In this document: positions 32,244 to 43,125 of the stretch, piece by piece
How positions within the stretch are numbered: position 1 is the first letter of the stretch
Layout: every line of letters starts with the position of its first letter
Assembly (NCBI GenBank): GCA_003284185.1
Contig: QBWB01000001.1
Location: 1,526 to 65,525, forward strand
Source of the DNA: Prochlorococcus sp. AG-315-C08
Lineage (GTDB): Bacteria; Cyanobacteriota; Cyanobacteriia; PCC-6307; Cyanobiaceae
DNA: 64,000 nucleotides
Direction of reading: 5' to 3'
Program-made: the position numbers and the translations under genes
Notes under the pieces: model-generated
Database searches by the model: none
Told to the model about the DNA's origin: nothing
Seen by the model: only the letters and a program-made list of their open reading frames with translations

Positions 32244-32273
32244 AAAAAAGCCCTCTTTTAGAGGGCTTTTTTT
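32244..32273 (+). terminator. Rho-independent terminator of psbA
   Basis: AAAAAAGCCCTCT-TTT-AGAGGGCTTTTTTT. Confidence 0.92.
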
Positions 32274-32361
32274 GTTTGCTTTTTTATTATTAATTTATTG
32301 AACTATTGATTAGTTTATTTTTTAGTAAGTATTGATTACGATCTTAAAGATAGGTTTATTT

Positions 32362-33450
32362 ATGGGAAGTAGTTTCGGCAAACTTTTTTGTATAAGCACC
32401 TTCGGAGAATCCCACGGTGGAGGAGTTGGTGTAATTATTGATGGTTGCCCTCCTCGATTGGAGCTTGATCTTCGTCAAATACAAAAAGATTTAAATCGCA
32501 GAAGACCGGGACAGAGCAAAATTACTACCCCAAGAAATGAAAGTGATGAGATTGAGATTCTTAGCGGTCTTTTAGGGAATAAGACATTAGGAACCCCTAT
32601 TGCCATGCTTGTTCGAAATAAAGATCAACGACCAAATGATTATGCGGAAATCAAAAAAACTTTTAGGCCCTCTCATGCAGATGCTACATATCACAAGAAA
32701 TATGGAATACAGGCACAAAGCGGAGGAGGGAGAGCATCCGCTAGAGAAACAATTGGAAGGGTTGCGGCAGGATCAGTAGCTAAGCAACTTCTCTTAAAAT
32801 CTTCCAATACAGAAATTCTTGCCTGGGTGAAAAGAATTCATGATATTGAGGCTGATATTGATACCAGTCAAATTACCTTTAATGATATTGAGGCAAATAT
32901 TGTTCGATGCCCAAATCAAGAAAGTGCCAATTTAATGATTGAGAGAGTAGAAGCCTTTGGGAAAGAGGGAGATTCATGCGGAGGGGTTATTGAGTGTGTT
33001 GTTCGCAATCCCCCTGTAGGGCTTGGGATGCCTGTTTTTGATAAGTTGGAAGCTGACTTGGCAAAAGCACTAATGTCATTGCCAGCGACTAAAGGCTTTG
33101 AAGTGGGTTCTGGTTTTGGAGGGACTTATCTAAAAGGAAGTGAACACAATGATCCATTTTTACCCTCCAACTCTGATCAACTGAAAACAGCTACTAATAA
33201 TTCAGGAGGCATTCAAGGCGGTATTTCTAATGGAGAAGATATTGTTATTAGAGTTGGATTTAAACCAACAGCAACTATCAGAAAAAGTCAAAAAACTATC
33301 GATGAAGATGGAAATGCAACAACTCTTAAGGCAACAGGTAGACATGATCCTTGTGTTTTACCAAGAGCGGTCCCCATGGTAGAAGCAATGGTAGCGCTTG
33401 TACTTGCGGATCATTTATTAAGACAAAATGGACAATGTTGTGATTACTAA
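32362..33450 (+). CDS. aroC: Chorismate synthase
   Basis: [36 protein letters not shown]; start at ATG 32362 (MGSSFG). Confidence 0.97.
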   Translation: MGSSFGKLFCISTFGESHGGGVGVIIDGCPPRLELDLRQIQKDLNRRRPGQSKITTPRNESDEIEILSGLLGNKTLGTPIAMLVRNKDQRPNDYAEIKKTFRPSHADATYHKKYGIQAQSGGGRASARETIGRVAAGSVAKQLLLKSSNTEILAWVKRIHDIEADIDTSQITFNDIEANIVRCPNQESANLMIERVEAFGKEGDSCGGVIECVVRNPPVGLGMPVFDKLEADLAKALMSLPATKGFEVGSGFGGTYLKGSEHNDPFLPSNSDQLKTATNNSGGIQGGISNGEDIVIRVGFKPTATIRKSQKTIDEDGNATTLKATGRHDPCVLPRAVPMVEAMVALVLADHLLRQNGQCCDY

Positions 33451-33483
33451 TTATATATTTAACAAATAAATTAAATTATAACT

Positions 33484-34161
33484 TTACTGTCTATATTTTT
33501 TAAGCCAGCTATATATTATTTGATCAATTCTTTGATCTATTAAACCTCTCCCAAGTGCTATTGCGTTATACCCATTGGTTAGTAATTTGTTTAAATCTTT
33601 ACTTTGAAGGCCTCCTGCGCCAATTAGGAAAAGATTTTCTCTATAAAGCTCTTTTATGTTATTTAAGAAGCCAATTCCTAATTTTGAAGCAGGAAAAATT
33701 TTTATTATTGTATATCCCATTTCAATTGCTTCTTTTAAATCTTGAGTATTAGATATGCCTGGTATTAGTAATTGATTATATTTTTTTGCTTTTTGCTGTA
33801 AATCTTTATCAAAAAAAGGACTCATTGAATATTGTAGGTCTGATTTTAAAATGGAATTGAAAGCTTTAGCGCAGGTAATAGAAGCTGCCCCAATATGAAT
33901 CTCTGCAAAATTTGACTGAATTTCTGAAATTAGTTGAACCCATTTAATATTGGAATCCCATCCAATTTCAATATGTCTTATTCCATATTCAGATAGATGC
34001 CTAAGATTTGCAAAAAGCAATTTCTTTTTTTCCGGAATATCAAAAAAATCGTTATCTAGTCTAATTACGATAATTAATGGTTGCTTATTTAGTGACTCAA
34101 TTAAAGCTTTTTGCTTACCAATAAAAGAATTTTCTAATTTTTTATTAAGCGTATTCTGCAA
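33484..34161 (-). CDS. eda: KDPG/KHG aldolase family protein (divergent)
   Basis: IVIR, HIEIG, IGAAS, SP, LIPG, KIFPAS (Schiff-base Lys), GAGG. Confidence 0.8.
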   Translation of the reverse strand: MQNTLNKKLENSFIGKQKALIESLNKQPLIIVIRLDNDFFDIPEKKKLLFANLRHLSEYGIRHIEIGWDSNIKWVQLISEIQSNFAEIHIGAASITCAKAFNSILKSDLQYSMSPFFDKDLQQKAKKYNQLLIPGISNTQDLKEAIEMGYTIIKIFPASKLGIGFLNNIKELYRENLFLIGAGGLQSKDLNKLLTNGYNAIALGRGLIDQRIDQIIYSWLKKYRQ

Positions 34162-35995
34162 CTTTTACTTGATGACGAATTAATAACTCTTGAAACTCTA
34201 AGGAATCTACAGTTTCAGTCTCCATAAGCATTTCGGTCAATTCTTCAAGTACTTTTCGATTATCATTCAATGCTTTTTTGGCGCGCTTGTAAGCCATTTC
34301 AACAAGAATTGACACTTCTGAATCAATTGTTGCGGCAGTGTCCTCAGAAAAATCTCTTTCAGATGCAATGTCTCTACCTAGAAACATTCCACCGCCTTGA
34401 GATCTGCCAAGTGCTACTGGACCAAGCTTGTCACTCATTCCAAATTTAGTAACCATTTGCCTGGCAACTGATGCAACTTGTTTGAGGTCATTAGATGCTC
34501 CTGTTGTTACTTCATCCTCTCCATAGATTATTTCTTCAGCGACCCTTCCTCCAAGCGCCACGGCCATTTGATTTTGAAGATAGGATCTTGAATAAAGTCC
34601 TGATTCCATTCTTTCTTCACTTGGAGTGAAGAAGGTTAATCCTCCTGCCTGGCCTCTAGGGATAATAGATATCTTTTGTACGGGGTCATAGTCAGGCATT
34701 ACCGCACCAACAACAGCATGTCCAGCTTCATGATATGCAACTAGCTTCTTTCGTTTCTCGCTTATTACTCGATCTTTTTTTTCTGGCCCAACCATAACTC
34801 TTTCTATTGCATCTCCAATTTCATCATTGCTGACCTCAGTCAATTCTCTTCTCGCAGCCAATATGGCTGCTTCGTTTAATAAGTTTGCTAAATCTGCACC
34901 GGTAAAACCAGGAGTTCTTCTTGCAACCTGATCAAGGTCAATTCCCTTAGATAGCGTTTTATCCCTAGCATGAACTTTAAGTATTTGAAGTCGTCCTGAG
35001 TAGTCGGGTCTATCAACTGTTACCTGTCGATCAAATCTTCCAGGACGCATAAGTGCTGCATCAAGAACGTCAGGTCTATTTGTGGCTGCAACAATAATAA
35101 TTCCTGTGTTCCCTTCGAAGCCATCCATTTCTGTTAATAATTGATTTAACGTCTGTTCTCTTTCATCATTACCTCCTCCAAGTCCTGCACCACGCTGTCG
35201 GCCTACAGCATCTATTTCATCGATAAAAACAATACATGGAGCATTCTTTTTGGCTTGCTCAAATAGATCTCTAACTCTACTTGCTCCAACCCCTACAAAC
35301 ATTTCAACAAATTCTGATCCAGATATAGAAAAGAAAGGAACAGAAGCTTCTCCAGCAACGGCTTTAGCTAATAAAGTTTTCCCTGTCCCTGGAGGGCCAA
35401 CTAGTAAAACTCCTTTGGGAATCTTTGCACCAACAGCAGTAAACCGATCTGGATTTTTTAGAAAATCAACAACTTCAGTTAATTCTAATTTTGCTCCTTC
35501 AATTCCAGCAACATCACCAAAAGTTACTTTTGTCTCTGGCTCCATTTGAAGTCTTGCTTTGCTTTTTCCAAAATTCATCGCAGGATTTCCTCCACCCCCA
35601 GATCCTGCTCTTCTAAATAAGAAAAACAGTCCTCCTAGAAGGAGAATTGGGAATATAAGACTACTAGCTGCTTGTTGAAGTGGACTTGCTTGAGTTGTAG
35701 GTTGAACAGCAATATCAACATCGTTTTTTGTAAGAAGTTGAAGAAGTTCCTGATCAGGAGCCAAATTCACAAAAGCTCGACTTCCATCGCTTTCAACAAT
35801 TTGAGCTGTTCCTTTATCAGGTGAAATAAGAACTCTGCTTACTTGTTTCTCTTGTACGGCTTCAATAAAGTCACTGTATCTAAGAGTTCTTGTTGCTTTG
35901 CTTGGATTTGGCTTATCAAAAAAGGCACTCCCAACAAAAATTACAACTACAACTATGAGGATGTAGAGCCCAATGTTTCTCCAGCGTTTGTTCAA
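34145..35995 (-). CDS. ftsH: ATP-dependent zinc metalloprotease FtsH (FtsH3-like N-terminus)
   Basis: Two TM helices, [30 protein letters not shown]. Confidence 0.98.
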   Translation of the reverse strand: MNKRWRNIGLYILIVVVVIFVGSAFFDKPNPSKATRTLRYSDFIEAVQEKQVSRVLISPDKGTAQIVESDGSRAFVNLAPDQELLQLLTKNDVDIAVQPTTQASPLQQAASSLIFPILLLGGLFFLFRRAGSGGGGNPAMNFGKSKARLQMEPETKVTFGDVAGIEGAKLELTEVVDFLKNPDRFTAVGAKIPKGVLLVGPPGTGKTLLAKAVAGEASVPFFSISGSEFVEMFVGVGASRVRDLFEQAKKNAPCIVFIDEIDAVGRQRGAGLGGGNDEREQTLNQLLTEMDGFEGNTGIIIVAATNRPDVLDAALMRPGRFDRQVTVDRPDYSGRLQILKVHARDKTLSKGIDLDQVARRTPGFTGADLANLLNEAAILAARRELTEVSNDEIGDAIERVMVGPEKKDRVISEKRKKLVAYHEAGHAVVGAVMPDYDPVQKISIIPRGQAGGLTFFTPSEERMESGLYSRSYLQNQMAVALGGRVAEEIIYGEDEVTTGASNDLKQVASVARQMVTKFGMSDKLGPVALGRSQGGGMFLGRDIASERDFSEDTAATIDSEVSILVEMAYKRAKKALNDNRKVLEELTEMLMETETVDSLEFQELLIRHQVKVAEYA

Positions 35996-36039
35996 GGTTT
36001 TTCTCTCTCTTTATAGGATCTTAATAGGATCATGACCAT

Positions 36040-37212
36040 CTATGCGGCTCGGAGTACATCAACGACGCTTTTAAAGGCAAACCATTCAGGGATTTGTTCT
36101 CCACTTCTAAGCATTTTTCTGAACTGAGTTCCACTTAATTTCTTTATTTTAAGACCATTTTTATCAGCATATTCAGCTGTTACATAGCCTTCTTCTTCTG
36201 TATAGACCAGATTTAATGAGGGAACTGTTTGCATCTCTAATTCTGAAGAGCAAATCTTGGCAAAATCTTGAGCTTCATATGGCTCATAAAAATCTTCTCC
36301 TGTAAGACTTGATTTACATCCAGCCATATCTCTGCCAATGATGAAATGAGTACATCCATAATTTCTTCTGATAATCATATGCTGTAAAGCTTCTCTAGGC
36401 CCTGCCATATGCATTGAATAAGGAAGATATGCCCATTTGATTTTTGGGTTATTGACTTCAGAAGCAAGTTTTTCATAGGTTTGAAATCTCACTGATCCTG
36501 CAATGTCATCTTCTTGTGTTGGCCCGCAAGTTGGATGAACAAGCACAACAGCATTTTGACTGACATTATTGGCTTTTAAAGCTCTCGTGAAAAGCTCGTA
36601 ATGTGCCCTATGAATGGGGTTTCTGCATTGGAATGCAACTACATCTTCTCCGTAAGGTAAATTTTCTCGCACTTGAGCAGGTGTTTTGCATGAGAAAACT
36701 CTTTTAGGTAGTTCCAAACCCTTAAGAGTTCCACCTAAATAATATTTTTTCCTTTCCATCGTTAGCATCCTCACGGCTGGATGCTCTAAGGAAGTTGTCC
36801 CATAACAACACTTGGCTTCATTGACTTTATCTGGTTCCCATTTCTCCTCTATTGAAAATAATGCAAGATTTTGATCTTTGTATTTCAGTAGAACTGAATC
36901 TCCAGGTTTGATATCTTCTCTGTCAGTATCAAAAACTATTGGCAAGCCAAATAGCAAACCTGATTGAATTCGATGTTCTTTTACGACTGAATTATAATTA
37001 TCTTTTTTCATAAACCCTATCAAAGGTGAGAATGCTCCTATTAAAAGAAGTTCAATATCACAAGCATTGCGATCTGAACAATTCAAAGTTTTATAAGAAC
37101 ATTTTTTGAATTCTTCTATCTCTGAATTTGTGGCCATTAAATTAACTAGCTTTCCTCCATAGGGCTTTATTAAGCCTTTAAGATTTTCAGTAGCATTTGA
37201 ACTAATAACCAT
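36040..37212 (-). CDS. sat: Sulfate adenylyltransferase (ATP sulfurylase)
   Basis: FQCRNPIHRAH, MHMAGPREA, THFIIGRDMAG, LSGT. Confidence 0.96.
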   Translation of the reverse strand: MVISSNATENLKGLIKPYGGKLVNLMATNSEIEEFKKCSYKTLNCSDRNACDIELLLIGAFSPLIGFMKKDNYNSVVKEHRIQSGLLFGLPIVFDTDREDIKPGDSVLLKYKDQNLALFSIEEKWEPDKVNEAKCCYGTTSLEHPAVRMLTMERKKYYLGGTLKGLELPKRVFSCKTPAQVRENLPYGEDVVAFQCRNPIHRAHYELFTRALKANNVSQNAVVLVHPTCGPTQEDDIAGSVRFQTYEKLASEVNNPKIKWAYLPYSMHMAGPREALQHMIIRRNYGCTHFIIGRDMAGCKSSLTGEDFYEPYEAQDFAKICSSELEMQTVPSLNLVYTEEEGYVTAEYADKNGLKIKKLSGTQFRKMLRSGEQIPEWFAFKSVVDVLRAA

Positions 37213-37292
37213 TGCTAATTTGACTAACCCGAGAAATTCTCCCAGATAAAGGGCCCTTATTTATAAATTTGTTTTTAGATAATTCTTTCAAT

Positions 37293-37329
37293 AAAAAAAA
37301 GGGAGGAAATTTGATCTCCTCCCTTTTTT
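37293..37329 (-). terminator. Rho-independent terminator of psbO
   Basis: A8-GGGAGGA...TCCTCCC-T6 inverted repeat downstream of the psbO stop. Confidence 0.88.
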
Positions 37330-37355
37330 AATTTCTAAAGATAATTTGTCTTTAA

Positions 37356-38159
37356 TTAGGCTTTACGACCATAGAAATTTCCAGTGATTTTTATATCAAC
37401 AGGATCTTTTGATCCAAGATCGTTATCTGAGGGTTGGATAGCAACAAAGCTGCCTCCAAATTCTTCAGTGTCAGCATCAACACTTTCAACGGTAAGGGTT
37501 ATCTGACCTTTACCACCAAGATCGGTTTTAACATTTTCTCTGGCAAGATCCTCATCGTCACCACCAAGAGCAATAAGACCTTGAGCATATTCAACACCAG
37601 TTGCTTTAGCACGACTTTTTGGATCAAGAAAATCTGCAGATCTATAGCTAGGTGTTGTTGTTGGTCCTGAGAACTCAGCACCTGGTTCAATTGCTTTACC
37701 TTTTTTAGCATCAGCAACCATATCTTTCACAGAGAAAGCAAAAGGAAACTCTTCTCCGTTGGGAGCAAGAACTGTAATTAGTGAGAAATCAATACCACCT
37801 TTTTCAGTGAATTTTCCTCCTGACAAGTCTCCATAAACTTCATCAAGACTGGTGTTGAAGCGAGGACTAATGATTTTTGATACGGCAAAATCAGATTTAT
37901 TTCTCTTATTGCCAGGAAGTTTTACTGAAACTTCAGTGGGTTGAAGGCATAACCCTTTGAATTGACCATCAGCATTAAAAGAACCTGACGAACCAGCTGG
38001 TAAGACAGTGCAAGCACCTGCTTCGCCAGTATTAACAATATTGCCAAATCGGGCATTACCTGGTTCACGCCCTTTCAAAGCTGCAGATGCGCTTGATGGG
38101 AGTGTTGTAAATGTGAGACAGAAAGCCAGCATCAAAGCCAGCAGAGGACGAAATCGCAT
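37356..38159 (-). CDS. psbO: Photosystem II manganese-stabilising protein
   Basis: Signal peptide, Cys pair (GAC...LCLQP), EKGGIDF, PSYR..DFLDPKSR, QPSDNDLG. Confidence 0.95.
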   Translation of the reverse strand: MRFRPLLALMLAFCLTFTTLPSSASAALKGREPGNARFGNIVNTGEAGACTVLPAGSSGSFNADGQFKGLCLQPTEVSVKLPGNKRNKSDFAVSKIISPRFNTSLDEVYGDLSGGKFTEKGGIDFSLITVLAPNGEEFPFAFSVKDMVADAKKGKAIEPGAEFSGPTTTPSYRSADFLDPKSRAKATGVEYAQGLIALGGDDEDLARENVKTDLGGKGQITLTVESVDADTEEFGGSFVAIQPSDNDLGSKDPVDIKITGNFYGRKA

Positions 38160-38383
38160 GAGAGGGCTAGATGACTGCGGTCGAAACCGCCCAATTAATT
38201 CAGTTGGGATACTACAGGGGTTAAATACTTCTTACGACAAGCCTTTTGCAGCTCTAAACAACCCGTAGCTTTTTAATTATTGGTTGAAGACTTTTTTATT
38301 CATGAGAAGCCTTTATTTGAAAGGATTCTGGGGAAAATAAGGAAAGAATTAAAAAAAAAACAAAACTGAAATATTAAGTAAAT

Positions 38384-39643
38384 TTATGATTGATAGTTTT
38401 GAATTTCATCTAAAAGTTGATGGGATATTGAAAGTTTTGTTGAAAGAAGAATGTTTTTTACCATTTTATTAGGGCCCAGTAAAAAACCACTGTTGCAATT
38501 TTCCTCAAAACCTTGATTTTTCCTATCAATTGGGTTGGCCATTAGAAATTCACACCCTTTGGAGATTCTTTTTTGCTCGCCTTTATCTTTGATTTCTTGA
38601 TCGCTTCCAGTCTCTGCTGCGAATCCGAGAAAGATTTGACCTTGTAATTTCTTTGAACTTAATTTTTTGATTATATCTGGGGTTATTTCTATATTTTTTA
38701 AAATTGAATTGATAAGTAGGTTCTTTGGAACCTTTTTATAACTTGGACTGGTTTTTTTGAAATCACAGACTGCTGCAGCCATAACAATTACATTTGCCAC
38801 AGGCTGTAAATCATTAATAACTGTTTGCATTTGAGTTGCGGTTCTTACTGGATAAGTATTTAGTCCTTCTAAGAGCTCTTTTTGAAAAGTTACGGGTCCA
38901 TGCACTAAATCAACTTCTGCTCCTCTTAATTTTGCTGCGTGAGACATTAGAACACCCATGAGCCCGCTGCTTCTATTTGTTAATTGTCTTGCTGCATCTA
39001 AATCTTCGATAGTAGGACCAGCTGATATTAGAAATCTTTGACCTATTAAGTCTTTAGTCAGAAATTTATTTTGTGCTTTAAAAAGGCATGCACTTTCAGA
39101 GGCTAATTCAATAATATCCAAATTAATCATTTTCCCATCTCCTATTCTGTCACACGCTAGAAGGCCTTCACTGGGGTCTAAAGGAATAACTTGCTCTCTT
39201 TTTTGTAGGCTATTCCAGTTATTTTTTACTGATTGATTCGACCACATTGAAGTGTTCATTGCAGCCGCAACTATTATTTGAGAATCTGCGGCTAGCAGTG
39301 TGCTTGCTAACAGCCCATCAGCATTTCCGTGGACAAACTTGGATAAGGATGTTGCACTCATGGGAGCAACAATTATTAAGTCTGCCCACTCAGCCAAGGA
39401 AATATGCAAAGGCTTAGCTTGATAATCTTCCCATTGATCTTTATCTTGAAAGCATTTATTTCTGCTAAGGGTTGATAAAGATAATGGGCTGACTAAATTT
39501 GTTGAGTTTGGCGTAAGGATACATTTTACTTCTGCTCCTGCTTGGACTAGTCGACTTACCAATATAGGAGTCTTGATTGCTGCGATACTTCCCGTAACTC
39601 CAACTAATACTTTTTTTCCCAACAGTGACGTAGAAGAAGTCAT
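38384..39643 (-). CDS. coaBC: Phosphopantothenoylcysteine decarboxylase/synthetase
   Basis: GVTGSIAA, HISLAEWAD, AAMNTSM, ISAGPTIE, NRSSGLMG, GFAAET. Confidence 0.95.
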   Translation of the reverse strand: MTSSTSLLGKKVLVGVTGSIAAIKTPILVSRLVQAGAEVKCILTPNSTNLVSPLSLSTLSRNKCFQDKDQWEDYQAKPLHISLAEWADLIIVAPMSATSLSKFVHGNADGLLASTLLAADSQIIVAAAMNTSMWSNQSVKNNWNSLQKREQVIPLDPSEGLLACDRIGDGKMINLDIIELASESACLFKAQNKFLTKDLIGQRFLISAGPTIEDLDAARQLTNRSSGLMGVLMSHAAKLRGAEVDLVHGPVTFQKELLEGLNTYPVRTATQMQTVINDLQPVANVIVMAAAVCDFKKTSPSYKKVPKNLLINSILKNIEITPDIIKKLSSKKLQGQIFLGFAAETGSDQEIKDKGEQKRISKGCEFLMANPIDRKNQGFEENCNSGFLLGPNKMVKNILLSTKLSISHQLLDEIQNYQS

Positions 39644-39906
39644 AATATTTTGATTTTATCTTAAATGAAGCATGGAAAGAAATTGGATGGTTATAAATCC
39701 TTTGGTTTTATTTTCAAAATCTGGGCTTCCTTGGAATTTAATTCAATATTAAATATGATTAACGTTATTAATTAAGATTTCAGAAATAATATTTTTATAA
39801 TTTAGATTGTAATTCGTATTTGTCTTGAGTTAACATTTTGATCTTTTACTTATATGATTCAGTATATGTTAAATTGACTTCTTTTTCTTTTTTTCGCTTT
39901 TGATAT

Positions 39907-40248
39907 ATGTCATCAAAAATGCAGTCAACGATTTTATATAGATTTTCGTTAAATCTGATTGATAGATTAGCAAATTGGTCTGCAAATCCATGGAGAAGGT
40001 ATTCGTTATTAGTAATTATTTTTTTAGGAGGTTTTCTTATCGGAAGCTCTTTAGGAATGATAAACGGTGTATTAGCCCTAATGGATCCTGTAGGAGCATT
40101 CTTTACTTTGATATTTTTGGAAGGACTAATTCAATTGAGATTTTTCTTCTTAAGGTCAAAAAAACCCATAATACTTATAAGAGTTTTTGATGTATTTCGT
40201 ATTGGAATTGTATATGGACTTTTCTCTGAAGGTTTGAAGCTTTTATAG
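39907..40248 (+). CDS. DUF565/Ycf20 family membrane protein
   Basis: W..NPWRRYS; C-terminal RIGIVYGLFSEGLKLL. Confidence 0.85.
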   Translation: MSSKMQSTILYRFSLNLIDRLANWSANPWRRYSLLVIIFLGGFLIGSSLGMINGVLALMDPVGAFFTLIFLEGLIQLRFFFLRSKKPIILIRVFDVFRIGIVYGLFSEGLKLL

Positions 40249-40285
40249 GTAAAAGTAATTCTGAATCTTTTGAGTTTTGGGTCAA

Positions 40286-41317
40286 TTATGATTCAATTAT
40301 ATTTCTATTTGCAAGTAAATATAATAGTGACATTCTTGTTGGTATTCCATTACTTACTTGATTTTTAATAAGACTAATTGAATCATCTTCTAAGATTTGG
40401 CTGCTGATCTCTATCCCTCTATTGACTGGACCTGGATGCATTACAGGGACTTTTTTCTCGCACCACTTTAAGCTTTCATGCGTGATTCCATAATGATTGT
40501 GGTAAGTATCAAGATCAGTGAGCATGTTCTGATGCATTCGTTCCTTTTGCAACCGAAGAGTCATAACAGCATCACTACCTTTTAAAGCATCTTTAAGAGA
40601 TCTTTTTATTACTATTGATCCACGATTTTTAATAGGGTCATACTTTTGTCCTGAAGGAGGTCTTAAAACAAAATCAGAAAATTCATCCGGGAGAAGGCTT
40701 TTTGGACCACAAAGTGTTACATCAGCGCCACAGCCTGTAAGTGCCCAAAGATTTGATCTGGCTACTCTAGAATGCAGAATATCTCCAACGATTGTTATTT
40801 TTTTATTTGATAGGCTATTTGGTGATGGATTAGTTGGACTAAAGAAATTTGCTAAAGTAAACAAATCTAATAGACCCTGACTTGGATGACTATGAAAGCC
40901 ATCTCCTGCATTGAGAATTGATGTATTAATGTGATGTTTATCTATATAGTGAGCTAACTCATTGGGAACATTTGTTGATTCATGCCTGATTATTAAAATA
41001 TCAGTTCCCATTGCAATATAAGTAAGAATTGTATCTAGTGGAGTTTCCCCTTTATTTAAAGAACTAGTAGCGACAGAAAAATTTTGAACATCGGCAGATA
41101 GTCTCTTTGCTGCAAGTTCAAAACTGCTACGTGTCCTTGTGCTCGATTCAAAAAATAAGTTAGTGACTAATCGTCCTTGAAGTGCAGGTAGTTTTCTTGA
41201 TCTTGTAGTTGGAACGTCTTGAAATCTAGTTGTTAATTCTAAAACAGTTTTGTAATCATCTAAAGAAAATTTAGATAAATCAAGTATGTGCTTATGTTTC
41301 CAATTACTCATGATCAT
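40286..41317 (-). CDS. pyrB: Aspartate carbamoyltransferase catalytic subunit
   Basis: [39 protein letters not shown]. Confidence 0.97.
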   Translation of the reverse strand: MIMSNWKHKHILDLSKFSLDDYKTVLELTTRFQDVPTTRSRKLPALQGRLVTNLFFESSTRTRSSFELAAKRLSADVQNFSVATSSLNKGETPLDTILTYIAMGTDILIIRHESTNVPNELAHYIDKHHINTSILNAGDGFHSHPSQGLLDLFTLANFFSPTNPSPNSLSNKKITIVGDILHSRVARSNLWALTGCGADVTLCGPKSLLPDEFSDFVLRPPSGQKYDPIKNRGSIVIKRSLKDALKGSDAVMTLRLQKERMHQNMLTDLDTYHNHYGITHESLKWCEKKVPVMHPGPVNRGIEISSQILEDDSISLIKNQVSNGIPTRMSLLYLLANRNIIES

Positions 41318-41931
41318 TCAAATGAGGCTGGGTACCAACATTTATTTTTAGAAGGAGTTTTATCTCCTTTGACTCTTTTACTTATGCTTCTACTGTTTTG
41401 AAGATACCAGCGCCAACGAAGATCTTTAGCTTGAGATATACCAATTCTTGTTGTTTGAACAATATCTAACATGTGTTTAGAATTTACTCCTTTAGCTATC
41501 CAAAACCCATTCTCTATCGATATGGGTAAATTGTCATGATTTCTATTTAACCCAAATCTTTTAGCCAATAAACCTGGACCAGAGGCTATTCGTTCATCTT
41601 CATCTTTAATTGCAATTGATCTGAGAAGAACTCCATTCGCCCAATTGCTCTTGCCTGTCACAATGTTGACACAGTTATATATTCCATAAGAGAGGTATAT
41701 ATAGAAATTACCAGGCTCACCAAAGAGCGTTTCGTTCCTCTTCGTTCTACTTGAAAACCCGTGGCAGGAAGCTTCTTCTTGCGAATAAGCTTCTGTTTCA
41801 ACAATAACTCCAGACAAGTAATTATTTTTTGATAAACGTTTGATTAAAAAGCAGCCAATTAAACTTGGTGCGACTAAATACGATGGTCGGGCAAAAAAAT
41901 CATTTCTAAGTTTTGAGTTGACTTTCTTAAT
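41314..41931 (-). CDS. mpg: DNA-3-methyladenine glycosylase (MPG/AAG family), probable non-canonical ATT/ATC start
   Basis: [26 protein letters not shown]; conserved N-terminal FFARPS..VAPSLIG lies upstream of the ORF-track start at 41817. Confidence 0.88.
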   Translation of the reverse strand: MKKVNSKLRNDFFARPSYLVAPSLIGCFLIKRLSKNNYLSGVIVETEAYSQEEASCHGFSSRTKRNETLFGEPGNFYIYLSYGIYNCVNIVTGKSNWANGVLLRSIAIKDEDERIASGPGLLAKRFGLNRNHDNLPISIENGFWIAKGVNSKHMLDIVQTTRIGISQAKDLRWRWYLQNSRSISKRVKGDKTPSKNKCWYPASFE

Positions 41932-42057
41932 GATTTTCTTGACAGTTCCTACACTCTAATCATTAAAGTGAACTTAAGAATTTTGCAATATTTAAGTAAA
42001 ATCTTTTTAAGGTTTAAATGAGTAAAGTTAACTTTATAAAAATCAATTTTTTTTAAT

Positions 42058-42834
42058 TTGTTAGACACCTTAAAAGATTATTCATCTGTTCGTCTAGGGT
42101 TACGAAGCTGGACAGAAGTTCAAGAATATTTAGTAAATTGCAAGGGAATTATTTTACCTATTGGCTCGATTGAGCAACATGGTCCAACTGGTGCAATTGA
42201 AACAGATGCACTTACTGCAGAATCAATTTCTAATGAAGTTGCTAGAAGAACAGGTGTTTTGGTCTCTCCTCCTCAAGTTTTCGGAATGGCTGAGCATCAC
42301 CTAGGTTTCCCAGGAACAATGAGTCTGAGGCCCGAGACTTTAATAATGGTGGTTCATGATTTGGTTATTTCACTTGCCAAAAACGGCTTTGAAAGAATTT
42401 ATTTTATCAATGGACATGGTGGAAATATCGCAACGCTTAAAGCTGCCTTCCATCAAATTTATGCGACTGCATTAGAAAAAAATCTTGCTGTAGGTCCAAA
42501 ACTTCGTTGTAAGTTAAATAGTTGGTTCTTAGTCCCTGAGGTTTATAGATTAGCTAATGAGTTATATGGTGATAAAGAAGGAAAACATGCTACTCCAAGT
42601 GAAATTTCTTTGACTTTGCATTTGGAACCAAGCTTGCTATCAAAACATCATTCTTTACCTGACCCTGCGCCAGCAGGACCAATTACTAATTATGAGGATT
42701 TTCGCAAAAGGCATCCAGATGGCAGAATGGGTTCAGATCCTTATTTAGCAAAGCCAATGCATGGTGAGCTTTTTCTTGAAAAAGCTTCAATAGCACTGAG
42801 CGAAGACCTTCTCAATTTTCTATCACAACCATGA
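42058..42834 (+). CDS. Creatininase family amidohydrolase
   Basis: [28 protein letters not shown]. Confidence 0.9.
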   Translation: MLDTLKDYSSVRLGLRSWTEVQEYLVNCKGIILPIGSIEQHGPTGAIETDALTAESISNEVARRTGVLVSPPQVFGMAEHHLGFPGTMSLRPETLIMVVHDLVISLAKNGFERIYFINGHGGNIATLKAAFHQIYATALEKNLAVGPKLRCKLNSWFLVPEVYRLANELYGDKEGKHATPSEISLTLHLEPSLLSKHHSLPDPAPAGPITNYEDFRKRHPDGRMGSDPYLAKPMHGELFLEKASIALSEDLLNFLSQP

Positions 42835-43124
42835 CCAGAATAAATGCATCGGATGTTCGTAAAGTTGCAGAACTAGCAAGATTAAATTTACCCGATGATC
42901 AAATTGCAACATATACAGTTGAACTTGAGGAGATCCTTTCTTATGTTGAACAATTAAAGGAAATAGATACCAATAATGTTCCCCCTACGTCTAGGGCTGT
43001 AGAAGTCATTAATGTTATGAGGGAAGACCATGTCGAAGTCACCTGTTCTAGAGAGGACATTCTAGGTCAGGCACCACAGAGAGAGGGTGATTTCTTTAGA
43101 GTTCCTAAAATACTTTCAGACTAA
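42831..43124 (+). CDS. gatC: Asp/Glu-tRNA amidotransferase subunit C
   Basis: [29 protein letters not shown]. Confidence 0.96.
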   Translation: MTRINASDVRKVAELARLNLPDDQIATYTVELEEILSYVEQLKEIDTNNVPPTSRAVEVINVMREDHVEVTCSREDILGQAPQREGDFFRVPKILSD

Positions 43125-43125
43125 T

